IMG/VR virus record: IMGVR_UViG_3300037565_000137
Span: 1 to 40,351 of that record
Source of the DNA: a virus
Lineage: Duplodnaviria; Caudoviricetes
Strand: one strand, 5' to 3'
Length of the DNA: 40,351 nucleotides
This document shows, piece after piece, positions 26,498 through 34,325 of the stretch. Numbering within the stretch: position 1 is the stretch's first letter; each line of letters begins with the position of its first letter. Below the pieces are notes generated by a model. That model was not told the origin of the DNA and did not search any database. It saw only the letters and a program-made list of their open reading frames with translations. A program made the position numbers and the translations under genes.

Positions 26498-26844
26498 CAG
26501 CCGCCCCTTCCGAACCGGATGCCCAGAATGGCGGCGTCGTTGTGCACCGTCTGCACCTTGACCCCCAGCCGCTCGGCCACCTGGGCGGGCCGCAGCCCTT
26601 CGGCATGCAGCGCCTTTACCCGGCCCCGGCGGTGATAGGCTGCCTGCGCGTCGGGCCGGTGCCGCGAGGGCCAGCCGAAACTGCGCGACGCGCCGCCCTT
26701 CTCGACGGGCACGAGGCCCCGCACCTTGTCGCACCAGCGATACTCCGGCTCGAGCGCCGAGACACCCACGGGCACGCGCGTCACGCGCCCCGCCTGGATC
26801 GCCTCGTCGATCAGCCTCTGTTCCTCCGGGCTCAGTCGCGCCAT
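26497..26844 (-). CDS. HTH DNA-binding protein
   Basis: GGAGG RBS; IDEAIQAGRVTRVP N-terminus and C-terminal HTH GLRPAQVAERLGVKVQTVHND. Confidence 0.7.
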   Translation of the reverse strand: MARLSPEEQRLIDEAIQAGRVTRVPVGVSALEPEYRWCDKVRGLVPVEKGGASRSFGWPSRHRPDAQAAYHRRGRVKALHAEGLRPAQVAERLGVKVQTVHNDAAILGIRFGRGG

Positions 26845-27175
26845 GGCTCGCCTCCGATGGTCAGATGATCGCCGGGGCGGGACTGCCCCACCCGCCCCCG
26901 CTGGTCCCGCTCGCGAATGCCCTCCGGTGCTTGCACCACCTTCGGCATGGGTCGGGGACGTCTCGGGCCGGAAGCTCCCGGCCAATTGATCGAGCGCGGG
27001 CAGATCATCGCCAGCAGTAGGGCGGCGGCAGTCGGCACTCGGGCCTTCACTGCACCGCGCTGCCGCGCTCGGGGGGCGCGCCCATAGCCGGTAGGGCCAA
27101 AGCCTCACCTTGCGGAGTCTCACGACATCACCGTGATTTTCCCGACTACATGACGCGCCGCCGGAAAGCGGCCCG

Positions 27176-27203
27176 GAAAATCCCCCGGCCCGAAGGCCGG
27201 GGG
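27176..27203 (-). terminator. Intrinsic terminator
   Basis: Minus strand CCCCCGGCC-TTCG-GGCCGGGGG-ATTTT. Confidence 0.75.
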
Positions 27204-27251
27204 CAGGTGCCACCGCGGGAAACCCGAAAACCCGCGACAGGGAGAAAATCC

Positions 27252-27319
27252 GACCGGGGCGACAGGGAGGAGGAGCGCCACCCCGGTCCATCCCGGCAAG
27301 GGAGGAGGAGATGCCGGAA
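27252..27319 (-). ncRNA. Cuckoo/CcsR-like sRNA: two hairpins each exposing CUCCUCCUCCC
   Basis: Minus strand TTCCGGCA-tCTCCTCCTCCCt-TGCCGGGA and GACCGGGGTGGCG-CTCCTCCTCCC-TGTCGCCCCGGTC, starting 4 nt after a stop codon. Confidence 0.7.
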
Positions 27320-27323
27320 TGTC

Positions 27324-27593
27324 TCATAGTCTTGCACCAAGCTTTTTGAGCGCCTTGACGATCGGCCCCCGGGTACAGCCCAGGATTTCCGCAACTTCGC
27401 GCTGCTTCATGCCCGTGCCAATGTACGGCTTGATCCGCTCGGCAATCGTCCTTTTGCGCCCCTTCGACGGCACAACCTCGCCAATCCAATCACCCTCGAC
27501 ATCGCCCAAATTCCATGCGCGACGGCACGCCCGCATTTCGCGTTCAGCGCTGCGCTTCATGGCTGTCGCAAGGCTTTGTTCGCGATCCGTCAC
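27324..27593 (-). CDS. Small HTH protein
   Basis: C-terminal GMKQREVAEILGCTRGPIVKAL; GTGA coupling. Confidence 0.65.
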   Translation of the reverse strand: MTDREQSLATAMKRSAEREMRACRRAWNLGDVEGDWIGEVVPSKGRKRTIAERIKPYIGTGMKQREVAEILGCTRGPIVKALKKLGARL

Positions 27594-28378
27594 GCCGCCA
27601 CCCCGCTCGGATCGGGCCACGGCGCATCCGCGTCCGCGCCCGCCTCGACATGGGCGGCGATCTTGTCCTCGATCTCGGGCACGGCGCGCAGCCGGTGCCA
27701 GCGCTGCTGCACCTCGGCCACGCCGCGATCCATGTCCGTGGCGATCTCCACGAAATGACGCCCCTCCGCCCGGTCGCGCAGCACGACCAGATCGTCGGCG
27801 GGCGACCAGCGCGGATGCAGGATGCAGGACAGCCCGTCCCCGAGGCGCGGCGCGGCAGGAGCCGCCGGGGCCACGCGCGGCACGGCCATCCGCACCGGCC
27901 GCGCATCTTCGGCAGGCGCGGCGACGCCATTCGCATGCCCGCTCCGGAAGCGCAGCCCGTCCCGCCGCGCCGCATAGGTGATCGCCGCCGCTGAAAACCC
28001 GAGGGCGCGCGCGGCTTCGGTCCTGGTCATCCCCTCGGCGGCGCAGGCCGCGAGCCGCGCCGGATCGATCCTGCGCTGCCCGCCCGTGCCGGGGACAAAA
28101 TCCAGCCCCTCGGTCTTGGCGATCCGGCTGATCGCGGAATACGACACCCCCAGCCGCCGCGCCGTCTCGGCCTGGCTAAGGCCCTCGGCAGCACAGGCCG
28201 CGACCCTCTCGCGCGGGATGGCCGCGCGCCCGCCCTGCTCGATAGTGGTGAACACGATTCCGGCGCTCTGCGCGACCTCGCGCACCCGCTGCCGCGACAC
28301 GCCCACGCGCCGCGCCGTCGCGGCCTGGCTCAGCCCTTCGGCGGCACAGGCCGCGACCCTCTCGCGCGTCGTGCTCAT
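27590..28378 (-). CDS. Multi-HTH protein (three HTH repeats plus a Myb/GcrA-like C-terminal domain)
   Basis: (R/P)xRxAACAAEG(L/M)xxxxxARxxGxS three times; C-terminal RWSPADDLVVL...GRHFVEIATDMDR...QQRWHRL. Confidence 0.75.
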   Translation of the reverse strand: MSTTRERVAACAAEGLSQAATARRVGVSRQRVREVAQSAGIVFTTIEQGGRAAIPRERVAACAAEGLSQAETARRLGVSYSAISRIAKTEGLDFVPGTGGQRRIDPARLAACAAEGMTRTEAARALGFSAAAITYAARRDGLRFRSGHANGVAAPAEDARPVRMAVPRVAPAAPAAPRLGDGLSCILHPRWSPADDLVVLRDRAEGRHFVEIATDMDRGVAEVQQRWHRLRAVPEIEDKIAAHVEAGADADAPWPDPSGVAA

Positions 28379-28677
28379 GCGCCACCCCCGTCGCGGGCCA
28401 GCGCCGCGTCGATAGCCGCCTCCGACCAGCCCTCGATCCGCAGCGCGGCGCGGATCTCGGTATCGGTCCGGTTGGGCGCGCGCAGCACCGCGATCCGGCC
28501 CCGCAGGCGATGGATGGCGGCGTCCTGCGCCTCGGTCAGCTGCGGCGGCGGGGCCGCAACACCCCGCCCCGCCACGCGCCACGCCCAGGCGGCATGCCAC
28601 GCATTGGCCAGCAGGAACGCCAGCACCAGCAGCGCCAGCAGACCGGCCCCCAGCAGAACGGACACCAGATCGCTCAT
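28375..28677 (-). CDS. Membrane-anchored hypothetical protein
   Basis: N-terminal TM LVSVLLGAGLLALLVLAFLL; C-terminal IRAALRIEGWSEAAIDAAL. Confidence 0.65.
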   Translation of the reverse strand: MSDLVSVLLGAGLLALLVLAFLLANAWHAAWAWRVAGRGVAAPPPQLTEAQDAAIHRLRGRIAVLRAPNRTDTEIRAALRIEGWSEAAIDAALARDGGGA

Positions 28678-28949
28678 CCCCGCCCCCTTTCCAGGCGCTG
28701 CCGGGCCTCGATTTCGTCCAGGCGATGCGCCAGCTTGCGCAGCTCGCGCGCCATGCCCGGCTGGATCAGCCCGGAGCAGAGCGGCTTCGGAATGCGCGGC
28801 ATGTGATCGTCGTGGCGCACCCGGATGCAGAACGTCGCGCCGTCCGTGCCCTCCTCGATCTCGAAGGCGACATGCGCGACCGCGAACCGCTCGCGATTGC
28901 GCCACCGGTGCGGGTGACGCGACGTGGCGCGGGTGGAATGCACGCTCAT
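28674..28949 (-). CDS. Hypothetical protein
   Basis: ATGA-coupled 91-aa ORF in the early operon. Confidence 0.55.
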   Translation of the reverse strand: MSVHSTRATSRHPHRWRNRERFAVAHVAFEIEEGTDGATFCIRVRHDDHMPRIPKPLCSGLIQPGMARELRKLAHRLDEIEARQRLERGRG

Positions 28950-29140
28950 CGCCCCGCCCCCCGCTGCAGCTCGACCCGCCGCCGGGCAAACGCCTCGGCC
29001 TCGGCGCGGCCCAGCACCACGCCCCGCGCCGACAGCTCGGCGCTCATCCCGTCCAGTTCCTCGACGCAGGCCACGTCGTCCAGCTTGTCCAGCAGCGTCA
29101 CGCGGCCCGTGCGCCGCCAGATATCCAGCGCCCGGCTCAT
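28946..29140 (-). CDS. Hypothetical protein
   Basis: ATGA-coupled 64-aa ORF. Confidence 0.55.
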   Translation of the reverse strand: MSRALDIWRRTGRVTLLDKLDDVACVEELDGMSAELSARGVVLGRAEAEAFARRRVELQRGAGR

Positions 29141-29604
29141 GACACCGCCCCGCGCACCGGCACCACGCGAACCTGCGGCGAGACCAGCCGCGCCCGCGCC
29201 AGCCGCAGCGCCTGGATGGCCTCGTCGATCTCGACCACGGCCTGCGCGGCGTCGCTGCCCGCGTCCGATTGCTGCGCGGCGAGGATCGCGCTCACCGCCT
29301 CGCCCGCTTCCTTCGAGATCGCCCCGGCATGCGACAGGATCGACCCGCGCGCCGTCGCCTCGTCGGGGGCGAGCCGCCGCGCCAACATGCGCGTCACCGG
29401 GTGCCGCCCCGCGCCATCCTCGAGCGCGATCACGTCATCGACCGGCCAGCCGAACTGCCCCGACAGCCGCTTGGACAGCGTGCCCTTGCCCACCGACTGA
29501 CCGGTGCGGGCGTTGATCGCCTCTGCGGCGGCATCCAGACAGCCGTACTGGCCATCGATCAGCGCCGCCATCTGGCTGTTCACGAACCGCCGCAGATCAG
29601 CCAT
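29137..29604 (-). CDS. CII-like phage regulatory protein
   Basis: LDAAAEAI...VGKGTLSKRLSG..WPVDDVIALEDGAGRHPVTRMLA..KEAGEAV..EIDEAI; first minus-strand gene downstream of cro. Confidence 0.65.
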   Translation of the reverse strand: MADLRRFVNSQMAALIDGQYGCLDAAAEAINARTGQSVGKGTLSKRLSGQFGWPVDDVIALEDGAGRHPVTRMLARRLAPDEATARGSILSHAGAISKEAGEAVSAILAAQQSDAGSDAAQAVVEIDEAIQALRLARARLVSPQVRVVPVRGAVS

Positions 29605-29677
29605 GGGCAACCTCGTTTTCTTGGTGGACGGGGAAAAGCGTGCCAAGGTGACGGGGCACAACCGAAAGGAGACGACG

Positions 29678-30001
29678 ATGCGATTTATCCTGAGCGCGGC
29701 AATCGCCGCCGCCATGGCGGGGCCGGGGGCCGCGCAGGACGGGCCCGCGCTGCCCGACAGCCCAGAAGCGATCATCGAATGGGTGATCCTCGACATGACC
29801 TGCCGCGACATGGCCGCGATACAGGGCCGCGCCGACCAGAGCCGCGCCACGCCGGACACGCTGGCGATCTACGCGGCGCTGATGTACGTGCAGGGATTTG
29901 CCAGCGCGCGGGGCGAGTCGGCGGCGGATATCGGAATGGCAGGCACGCTTGCCTGCATGCGGGACCTCGACCGGAACTACCTGAGCGCGATCACGCGGTG
30001 A
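29678..30001 (+). CDS. Putative exported/periplasmic protein (counter-oriented)
   Basis: AAGGAG RBS; signal peptide MRFILSAAIAAAMAGPGAA-Q; two Cys in the mature part. Confidence 0.7.
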   Translation: MRFILSAAIAAAMAGPGAAQDGPALPDSPEAIIEWVILDMTCRDMAAIQGRADQSRATPDTLAIYAALMYVQGFASARGESAADIGMAGTLACMRDLDRNYLSAITR

Positions 30002-30022
30002 GCAAACACGGAAAAACATCCG

Positions 30023-30358
30023 ATGCGTGACGAAGAAACACCGCGCACCCTTCGACTGATGACCGCGCCCGCGGGCCGATGGCCCGCGCCGGTCCTGATC
30101 GACGGTCCGCCGGTCATTTTGCAATACCTGGACTTTCAGGACCGCGAGCGCCGCTGGCGTTGCACCCTGACGCGGGCGAGGCAGGGTGACGCGACCGTGA
30201 TGATCGAAGTGCTGCGCGAGCAAGAAAGCTACGCGATCCCTCTTAAAATGCACCGAATAACCGGCATCACCGAAGGCGCGACACATTGGCCAGGATATAC
30301 CTATGTGACCGAGGCGCTCGGGATCAAGGCCGAATGGGCAAGAGGACCGCGCGGATGA
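30023..30358 (+). CDS. Hypothetical protein, possibly a degenerate WYL-like domain
   Basis: 111-aa ORF; VILQYLD..RERR and LKMHRITGI loosely match the WYL pattern. Confidence 0.5.
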   Translation: MRDEETPRTLRLMTAPAGRWPAPVLIDGPPVILQYLDFQDRERRWRCTLTRARQGDATVMIEVLREQESYAIPLKMHRITGITEGATHWPGYTYVTEALGIKAEWARGPRG

Positions 30359-30366
30359 CCGATGCA

Positions 30367-30621
30367 TCACGCCGCCCCCCGCAAGGGCTGCGCGTGCAGC
30401 CGCGCCAACTGGTCCGCCGTCACGGCGAACCCGCGCACCTCGGCGGCCCGCAGGAACGGATAGTGATACCGCGCCGGGATCGACTGCTTTTCGGCCCATT
30501 TCTGCACCTGGTGCACCGACAGCGGCACATCCTCGGGCAACTGGTCCCTCAGATCGGCGAACAGCGCGGCCCGCGTGGGCCACAGGCTGATGATGTCCCG
30601 GATGCTCGACGGCTCGCTCAC
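30367..30621 (-). CDS. Cro-like protein
   Basis: GGAG RBS plus GTG; IRDIISLWPTRAALFADL..VQKWAEKQSIPARY; divergent from the repressor. Confidence 0.75.
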   Translation of the reverse strand: MSEPSSIRDIISLWPTRAALFADLRDQLPEDVPLSVHQVQKWAEKQSIPARYHYPFLRAAEVRGFAVTADQLARLHAQPLRGAA

Positions 30622-30633
30622 GAATATCTCCAC

Positions 30634-30697
30634 ATCGACGTTTCTTCGATGCTTATCGACGTTTCTTCGATCCGTCAACGCCCGAAATATCTTCGAT
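30634..30697 (-). promoter_or_regulatory. Right operator/promoter: two ATCGACGTTTCTTCGAT sites plus a degenerate third; PR-like TTGACG-N17-TAAGCA
   Basis: Operators at 30634-30650, 30655-30671 and 30681-30697; -35 at 30673-30678 and -10 at 30650-30655 on the minus strand. Confidence 0.75.
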
Positions 30698-30762
30698 AGA
30701 CGATTTATCGACCAAAATGGTGAAAGTAAGCCCTGACCGAAGCGCACGAGAAGAGAGCGATA

Positions 30763-31050
30763 ATGGACCGGACCAGCCCGTTTCACCCTGAAGCCGTCGG
30801 GCGGCGCGTGACCGCGCTGCGCGAACACCACGGCAAGACCAAGGCCGAATTCGCGAAGTCGGTGCAGATCGACGCGACCAGTCTCGGCAACATCGAGCGC
30901 GGGAAAAAGCCGCTCAAAGCGGACATGGCCTTCCGGATCGCGGAACGCTGGGGCGTGCCGATGGATTACCTCTATCGCGGCCGCCTGACCGAAATTCCCG
31001 AGAGCCTGGCGGACAGCCTCATGAAACACCTCACCACGCGCGACGAATAG
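30763..31050 (+). CDS. Phage repressor (XRE HTH only, 95 aa)
   Basis: VGRRVTALREHHGKTKAEFAKSVQIDATSLGNIERG..IAERWGVPMDYLYRG; flanked by operator arrays. Confidence 0.85.
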   Translation: MDRTSPFHPEAVGRRVTALREHHGKTKAEFAKSVQIDATSLGNIERGKKPLKADMAFRIAERWGVPMDYLYRGRLTEIPESLADSLMKHLTTRDE

Positions 31051-31183
31051 GCCCGGTCGATACTGACGCGCATCACACGCGCGCACCAGAACAGGACCCT
31101 CTCCTCCAGGTCATACCGCATAGCAACGACTCCCTCAAAAATTGCGCACCCGGAAATTTGCGCCCATGAGTCGCGCCGCGTCA

Positions 31184-31236
31184 ATCGACATTTCTTCGAT
31201 TATTATTCTTGACACTCGACGTTTTGTCGATATTCA
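31184..31236 (+). promoter_or_regulatory. Left operator/promoter: ATCGACATTTCTTCGAT and CTCGACGTTTTGTCGAT; PL-like TTGACA-N16-TATTCA
   Basis: Operators at 31184-31200 and 31215-31231; -35 at 31209-31214; AT-rich island upstream of the plus-strand early operon. Confidence 0.75.
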
Positions 31237-31286
31237 CTGGCCCCCATGACCCGCGCCACCCCGGCGCCAGCATGGGAGATTGCCAG

Positions 31287-31598
31287 ATGACCCGCACCGA
31301 CCCGGCCGCGATGAACCTCGCCCAGGCCATGCGCCGCATCGCCATCGGTCGCCTCGAAAGGGCGGTCGCCGCCTCCGAAGAGGCGATCCGCCGCGATCCG
31401 CTCGGCACCACGCCCCGCCCCGAGACCGCCAGCGTCTCCGAGCGCTGCGACCACGGCACCCTCACCTGCACCGCCACCTTCGGCCACGTCACCCGCGAGG
31501 GCGAGCAGCTTTTCATCACCGTGTTCGATCTCGACGGCACCGTGATCAACACCTGCGACGCCGAGCGCGTCCTGATGGGCGAGGGGCTGGCGGCATGA
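31287..31598 (+). CDS. Hypothetical protein (first gene of the plus-strand early operon)
   Basis: GGGAG RBS; MTRTDPAAMNL... Confidence 0.6.
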   Translation: MTRTDPAAMNLAQAMRRIAIGRLERAVAASEEAIRRDPLGTTPRPETASVSERCDHGTLTCTATFGHVTREGEQLFITVFDLDGTVINTCDAERVLMGEGLAA

Positions 31599-31834
31599 AA
31601 CGCGAGAACCTGATCCCCGACCGCGACACGGAGTGCCGCGTGCTGGCCCTGCTGCAATGCACCCACGCGATGGTGATGGAAACCGACCGCCTCGCGGGCA
31701 TCATCGCCGAAGAACTCGGCATCGACCCCATGAGCGACGTCATCACCGAGGCGGTGTTCAATGCGCAGGACCCGGCCACGGCGCTAATGTTTCTGCGCGG
31801 CGACCTGCCCACGGCCGGGAGGGCGCACGCATGA
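31595..31834 (+). CDS. Hypothetical protein
   Basis: MKRENLIPD... ATGA-coupled. Confidence 0.6.
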   Translation: MKRENLIPDRDTECRVLALLQCTHAMVMETDRLAGIIAEELGIDPMSDVITEAVFNAQDPATALMFLRGDLPTAGRAHA

Positions 31835-32328
31835 CCCTGCACCGCGCCCTCCACACGCCCCGCCCCCGCTGCATCATCGACGGCGAGGATTGCATCTGGA
31901 TCGCCGGGCACTGGACCGCGCTCGCCGACCTGCGCGCCCGGCTCGAGGCCCGCGAGGCGGGCGCGATCCGCGCCACCCGCGCCGGTCGCCGCACCGAGGC
32001 CGCGCTTTGCCGCGCCGACGCCGACCACATCCGCACCATTCTCAAGGAGGCCGACATGACCCCCACGACCATGCACGACCCGCTCACCGCTTTTCTGCAC
32101 CGCACCGAGGGGCTGGGCCCCGACGAGCTGCACGACGCCTTCGCGACCGAGGTGATCGAGCAGGGCGGCACATGGCTCGCCCCCGGCGAGGCGCACGGGC
32201 TGCGCGACACCTCGCACCTGGTCGAGATCGCGCTGCACGGCATCACCGGGCGCGGCACGTCCGAGGCGCAGGCCATCGACGACTGGCGCGCCGCCGCCCG
32301 CCGCACCCTCACCGACGCGGAGGGTTGA
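31831..32328 (+). CDS. Hypothetical protein with an internal in-frame RBS/ATG at 32056
   Basis: GGAGG RBS, ATGA coupling; AAGGAGG-ccgac-ATG internally. Confidence 0.6.
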   Translation: MTLHRALHTPRPRCIIDGEDCIWIAGHWTALADLRARLEAREAGAIRATRAGRRTEAALCRADADHIRTILKEADMTPTTMHDPLTAFLHRTEGLGPDELHDAFATEVIEQGGTWLAPGEAHGLRDTSHLVEIALHGITGRGTSEAQAIDDWRAAARRTLTDAEG

Positions 32329-32331
32329 GCG

Positions 32332-32604
32332 ATGACCATGCACACCCCCGGCCTCGCCGATTGCATCGCCCTCGTGACCGACCCGGCCCGCGCCGCGGCG
32401 CGCCCCGGTGCCCGCGCCATGGCTTGGGCAGCCCTGAAACAGGGGCGCGGCCAGACCCACCGCCTCGACAGGCTCGCCCCTCCGCCCGCATCCGTCTGCG
32501 ATCTCGAGGCCCGCCTCGCCGCAACCGAGCCCCAGCGCCTCGCCCGCATCCGCGCCCGCGCGGCGCAGCACGGCATCACCCCCACCGGAGGAGACGCGGC
32601 ATGA
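32332..32604 (+). CDS. Hypothetical protein
   Basis: GGAGG RBS; AMAWAALKQGRGQ. Confidence 0.6.
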   Translation: MTMHTPGLADCIALVTDPARAAARPGARAMAWAALKQGRGQTHRLDRLAPPPASVCDLEARLAATEPQRLARIRARAAQHGITPTGGDAA

Positions 32605-33002
32605 CCGACACCGCCCGCATGACCCTGAGCTACACCGACGAGAACGGCCAGACCGTGACCACGCCAGAGTTTACCGGGCGCGACCTGCAACGCGCGGCCG
32701 AGGCGGCGCGCAACGTCACGCCGATGAAACCCGATGCCGAATTCGACGCGGCCCGCGACAAGGCCTACCGCGTCACCGCAGACGAGCTGCGCCAGTTCAT
32801 CGAGCGGTTCGAGCGGCTGGAGGCCGAGAAGAAGGGCATCGCCGACCAGCAGAAGGAGGTGATGGCCGAGGCCAAGGCGCGCGGCTACGACACCAAGGTG
32901 ATGCGCAAGGTGATCGCGCTGCGCAAGCGCGACCGCGACGACATCGCCGAGGAAGAGGCGGTGCTCGAGATGTACAAGGAAGCGCTGGGGATGAATTCAT
33001 GA
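32601..33002 (+). CDS. GapR-like nucleoid-associated protein (DUF2312)
   Basis: ADELRQFIERFERLEAEKKGIADQQKEVMAEAKARGYDTKVMRKVIALRK..EEEAVLEMYKEALGM. Confidence 0.92.
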   Translation: MTDTARMTLSYTDENGQTVTTPEFTGRDLQRAAEAARNVTPMKPDAEFDAARDKAYRVTADELRQFIERFERLEAEKKGIADQQKEVMAEAKARGYDTKVMRKVIALRKRDRDDIAEEEAVLEMYKEALGMNS

Positions 33003-34105
33003 CCTTCCAGTCCCCGATCACCACCCCTGCCACCAGCATCCCGGCCAGCGAACTGCGCCGCGTGCTGCCGATCCTGACTCGCGTGGTCGAGCGCCGCTCG
33101 ACCATTCCCGTCCTGCACACGATCCGCCTGACCGCCACCGCCGGGGCCGACACGCTGCGCCTCATCGCCACCGATCTGGATATTGAGATCAAGGCGCGGA
33201 TCGAAACCATCACGGACCAGGACGTTGACCTCTGCATCCCCGCCCCGGTGTTTCACATGGCGCGCGACGGCGACACGCTCCACCTTGCCTGCGGCGAGAT
33301 CGCGGCGCGTATGCGCCTCGGCGCGCCGCCGGAGGATTTCCCGATGATGGCATGTCCCGGCCTTGACGACGCGCCAGGCATCACCCTGTCGGAATCGGCG
33401 CTGCACCGCCTGTTGCGCCTCGCACGGCACTGCGTCTCGACCAAGGAGACGCGCTATTACCTGAAAGGCGTGTTCCTGACCTCCCATCCCGAACGCGGCA
33501 CCCTGCGCGCCGTCGCGACCGACGGGCACCGGCTGGCGATGATCGACGACGACACGGCCCTGCCCGAGGGGTGGCCCAGCATGATCGTTCCGCGCCGCGC
33601 CGCCGACATCCTGCTGGCAATGACCAATCCGCAGGGCAACGCCGAGGTGACGCTACAGGCCACCGACACCCGGCTGCGCGCGGTGCGCGACGGGATGACC
33701 GTCACCACCAAGCTGATCGACGGCACCTTTCCCGACTACACCCGCGTGATTCCGAAGGCCGAGGCAACCTGCCGCGCCACGCTCAACCGCGCCGGGATCG
33801 CCCGCCTCGACCGTGCCTACCGGGCGGTCGCGGGAAAAACTATGGGCCGCGCCGCGAAACTTGACCCCGAGGCCGGGCAGATGATCATGACCGGCCCCGA
33901 CGCGCGCGTTACCGCGCCTCTCACGATCGACGGCGACCATGCCATCGGCTTCAACGCGGCCTACCTGTCCGAGCAGACCCGCATCACCCCGACGATCCGA
34001 ATCCGCTGGGCCAACGGCAGCGACCCGGCGATCATCGAGGCGGTGGACGAGATGGACCATCCCGAGCGCGACGCGCGCTGGATCCTCATGCCGATGAGGG
34101 TATGA
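32999..34105 (+). CDS. dnaN: DNA polymerase III beta sliding clamp homologue
   Basis: VERRSTIPVL, ATDLDIEI, ETRYYLKGV, VATDGHRLA, KLIDGTFPDYTRVIP, IGFNAAYL and ILMPMRV. Confidence 0.9.
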   Translation: MTFQSPITTPATSIPASELRRVLPILTRVVERRSTIPVLHTIRLTATAGADTLRLIATDLDIEIKARIETITDQDVDLCIPAPVFHMARDGDTLHLACGEIAARMRLGAPPEDFPMMACPGLDDAPGITLSESALHRLLRLARHCVSTKETRYYLKGVFLTSHPERGTLRAVATDGHRLAMIDDDTALPEGWPSMIVPRRAADILLAMTNPQGNAEVTLQATDTRLRAVRDGMTVTTKLIDGTFPDYTRVIPKAEATCRATLNRAGIARLDRAYRAVAGKTMGRAAKLDPEAGQMIMTGPDARVTAPLTIDGDHAIGFNAAYLSEQTRITPTIRIRWANGSDPAIIEAVDEMDHPERDARWILMPMRV

Positions 34106-34106
34106 C

Positions 34107-34322
34107 ATGCCCCCGCACCGCTGCACCGCCTGCGGCAACCCCAAGCGCGTCGACGGCTTTCGCGCCTGCCCTGGCTGCCGGGCCGAATGGCGGCGCTACA
34201 GCCGCAAGCCCGGCGGGCCCGCCGAGACCATCGAGGCGCTGCGCCAGGACAACGAACGCCTGCGCCAGCAGAACGCCCGCCTCCGCGCCCGCCTCGCCCA
34301 CACCACGAAAACGGAGACCTGA
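34107..34322 (+). CDS. Small Zn-finger/coiled-coil protein
   Basis: C-x2-C...C-x2-C then a heptad IEALRQDNERLRQQNARL. Confidence 0.55.
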   Translation: MPPHRCTACGNPKRVDGFRACPGCRAEWRRYSRKPGGPAETIEALRQDNERLRQQNARLRARLAHTTKTET

Positions 34323-34325
34323 GAC

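Noticed and set aside
30622-31086. 239-aa version of the cro ORF
   Set aside because: The extension crosses the operators and is antisense to the repressor; the RBS supports GTG 30621
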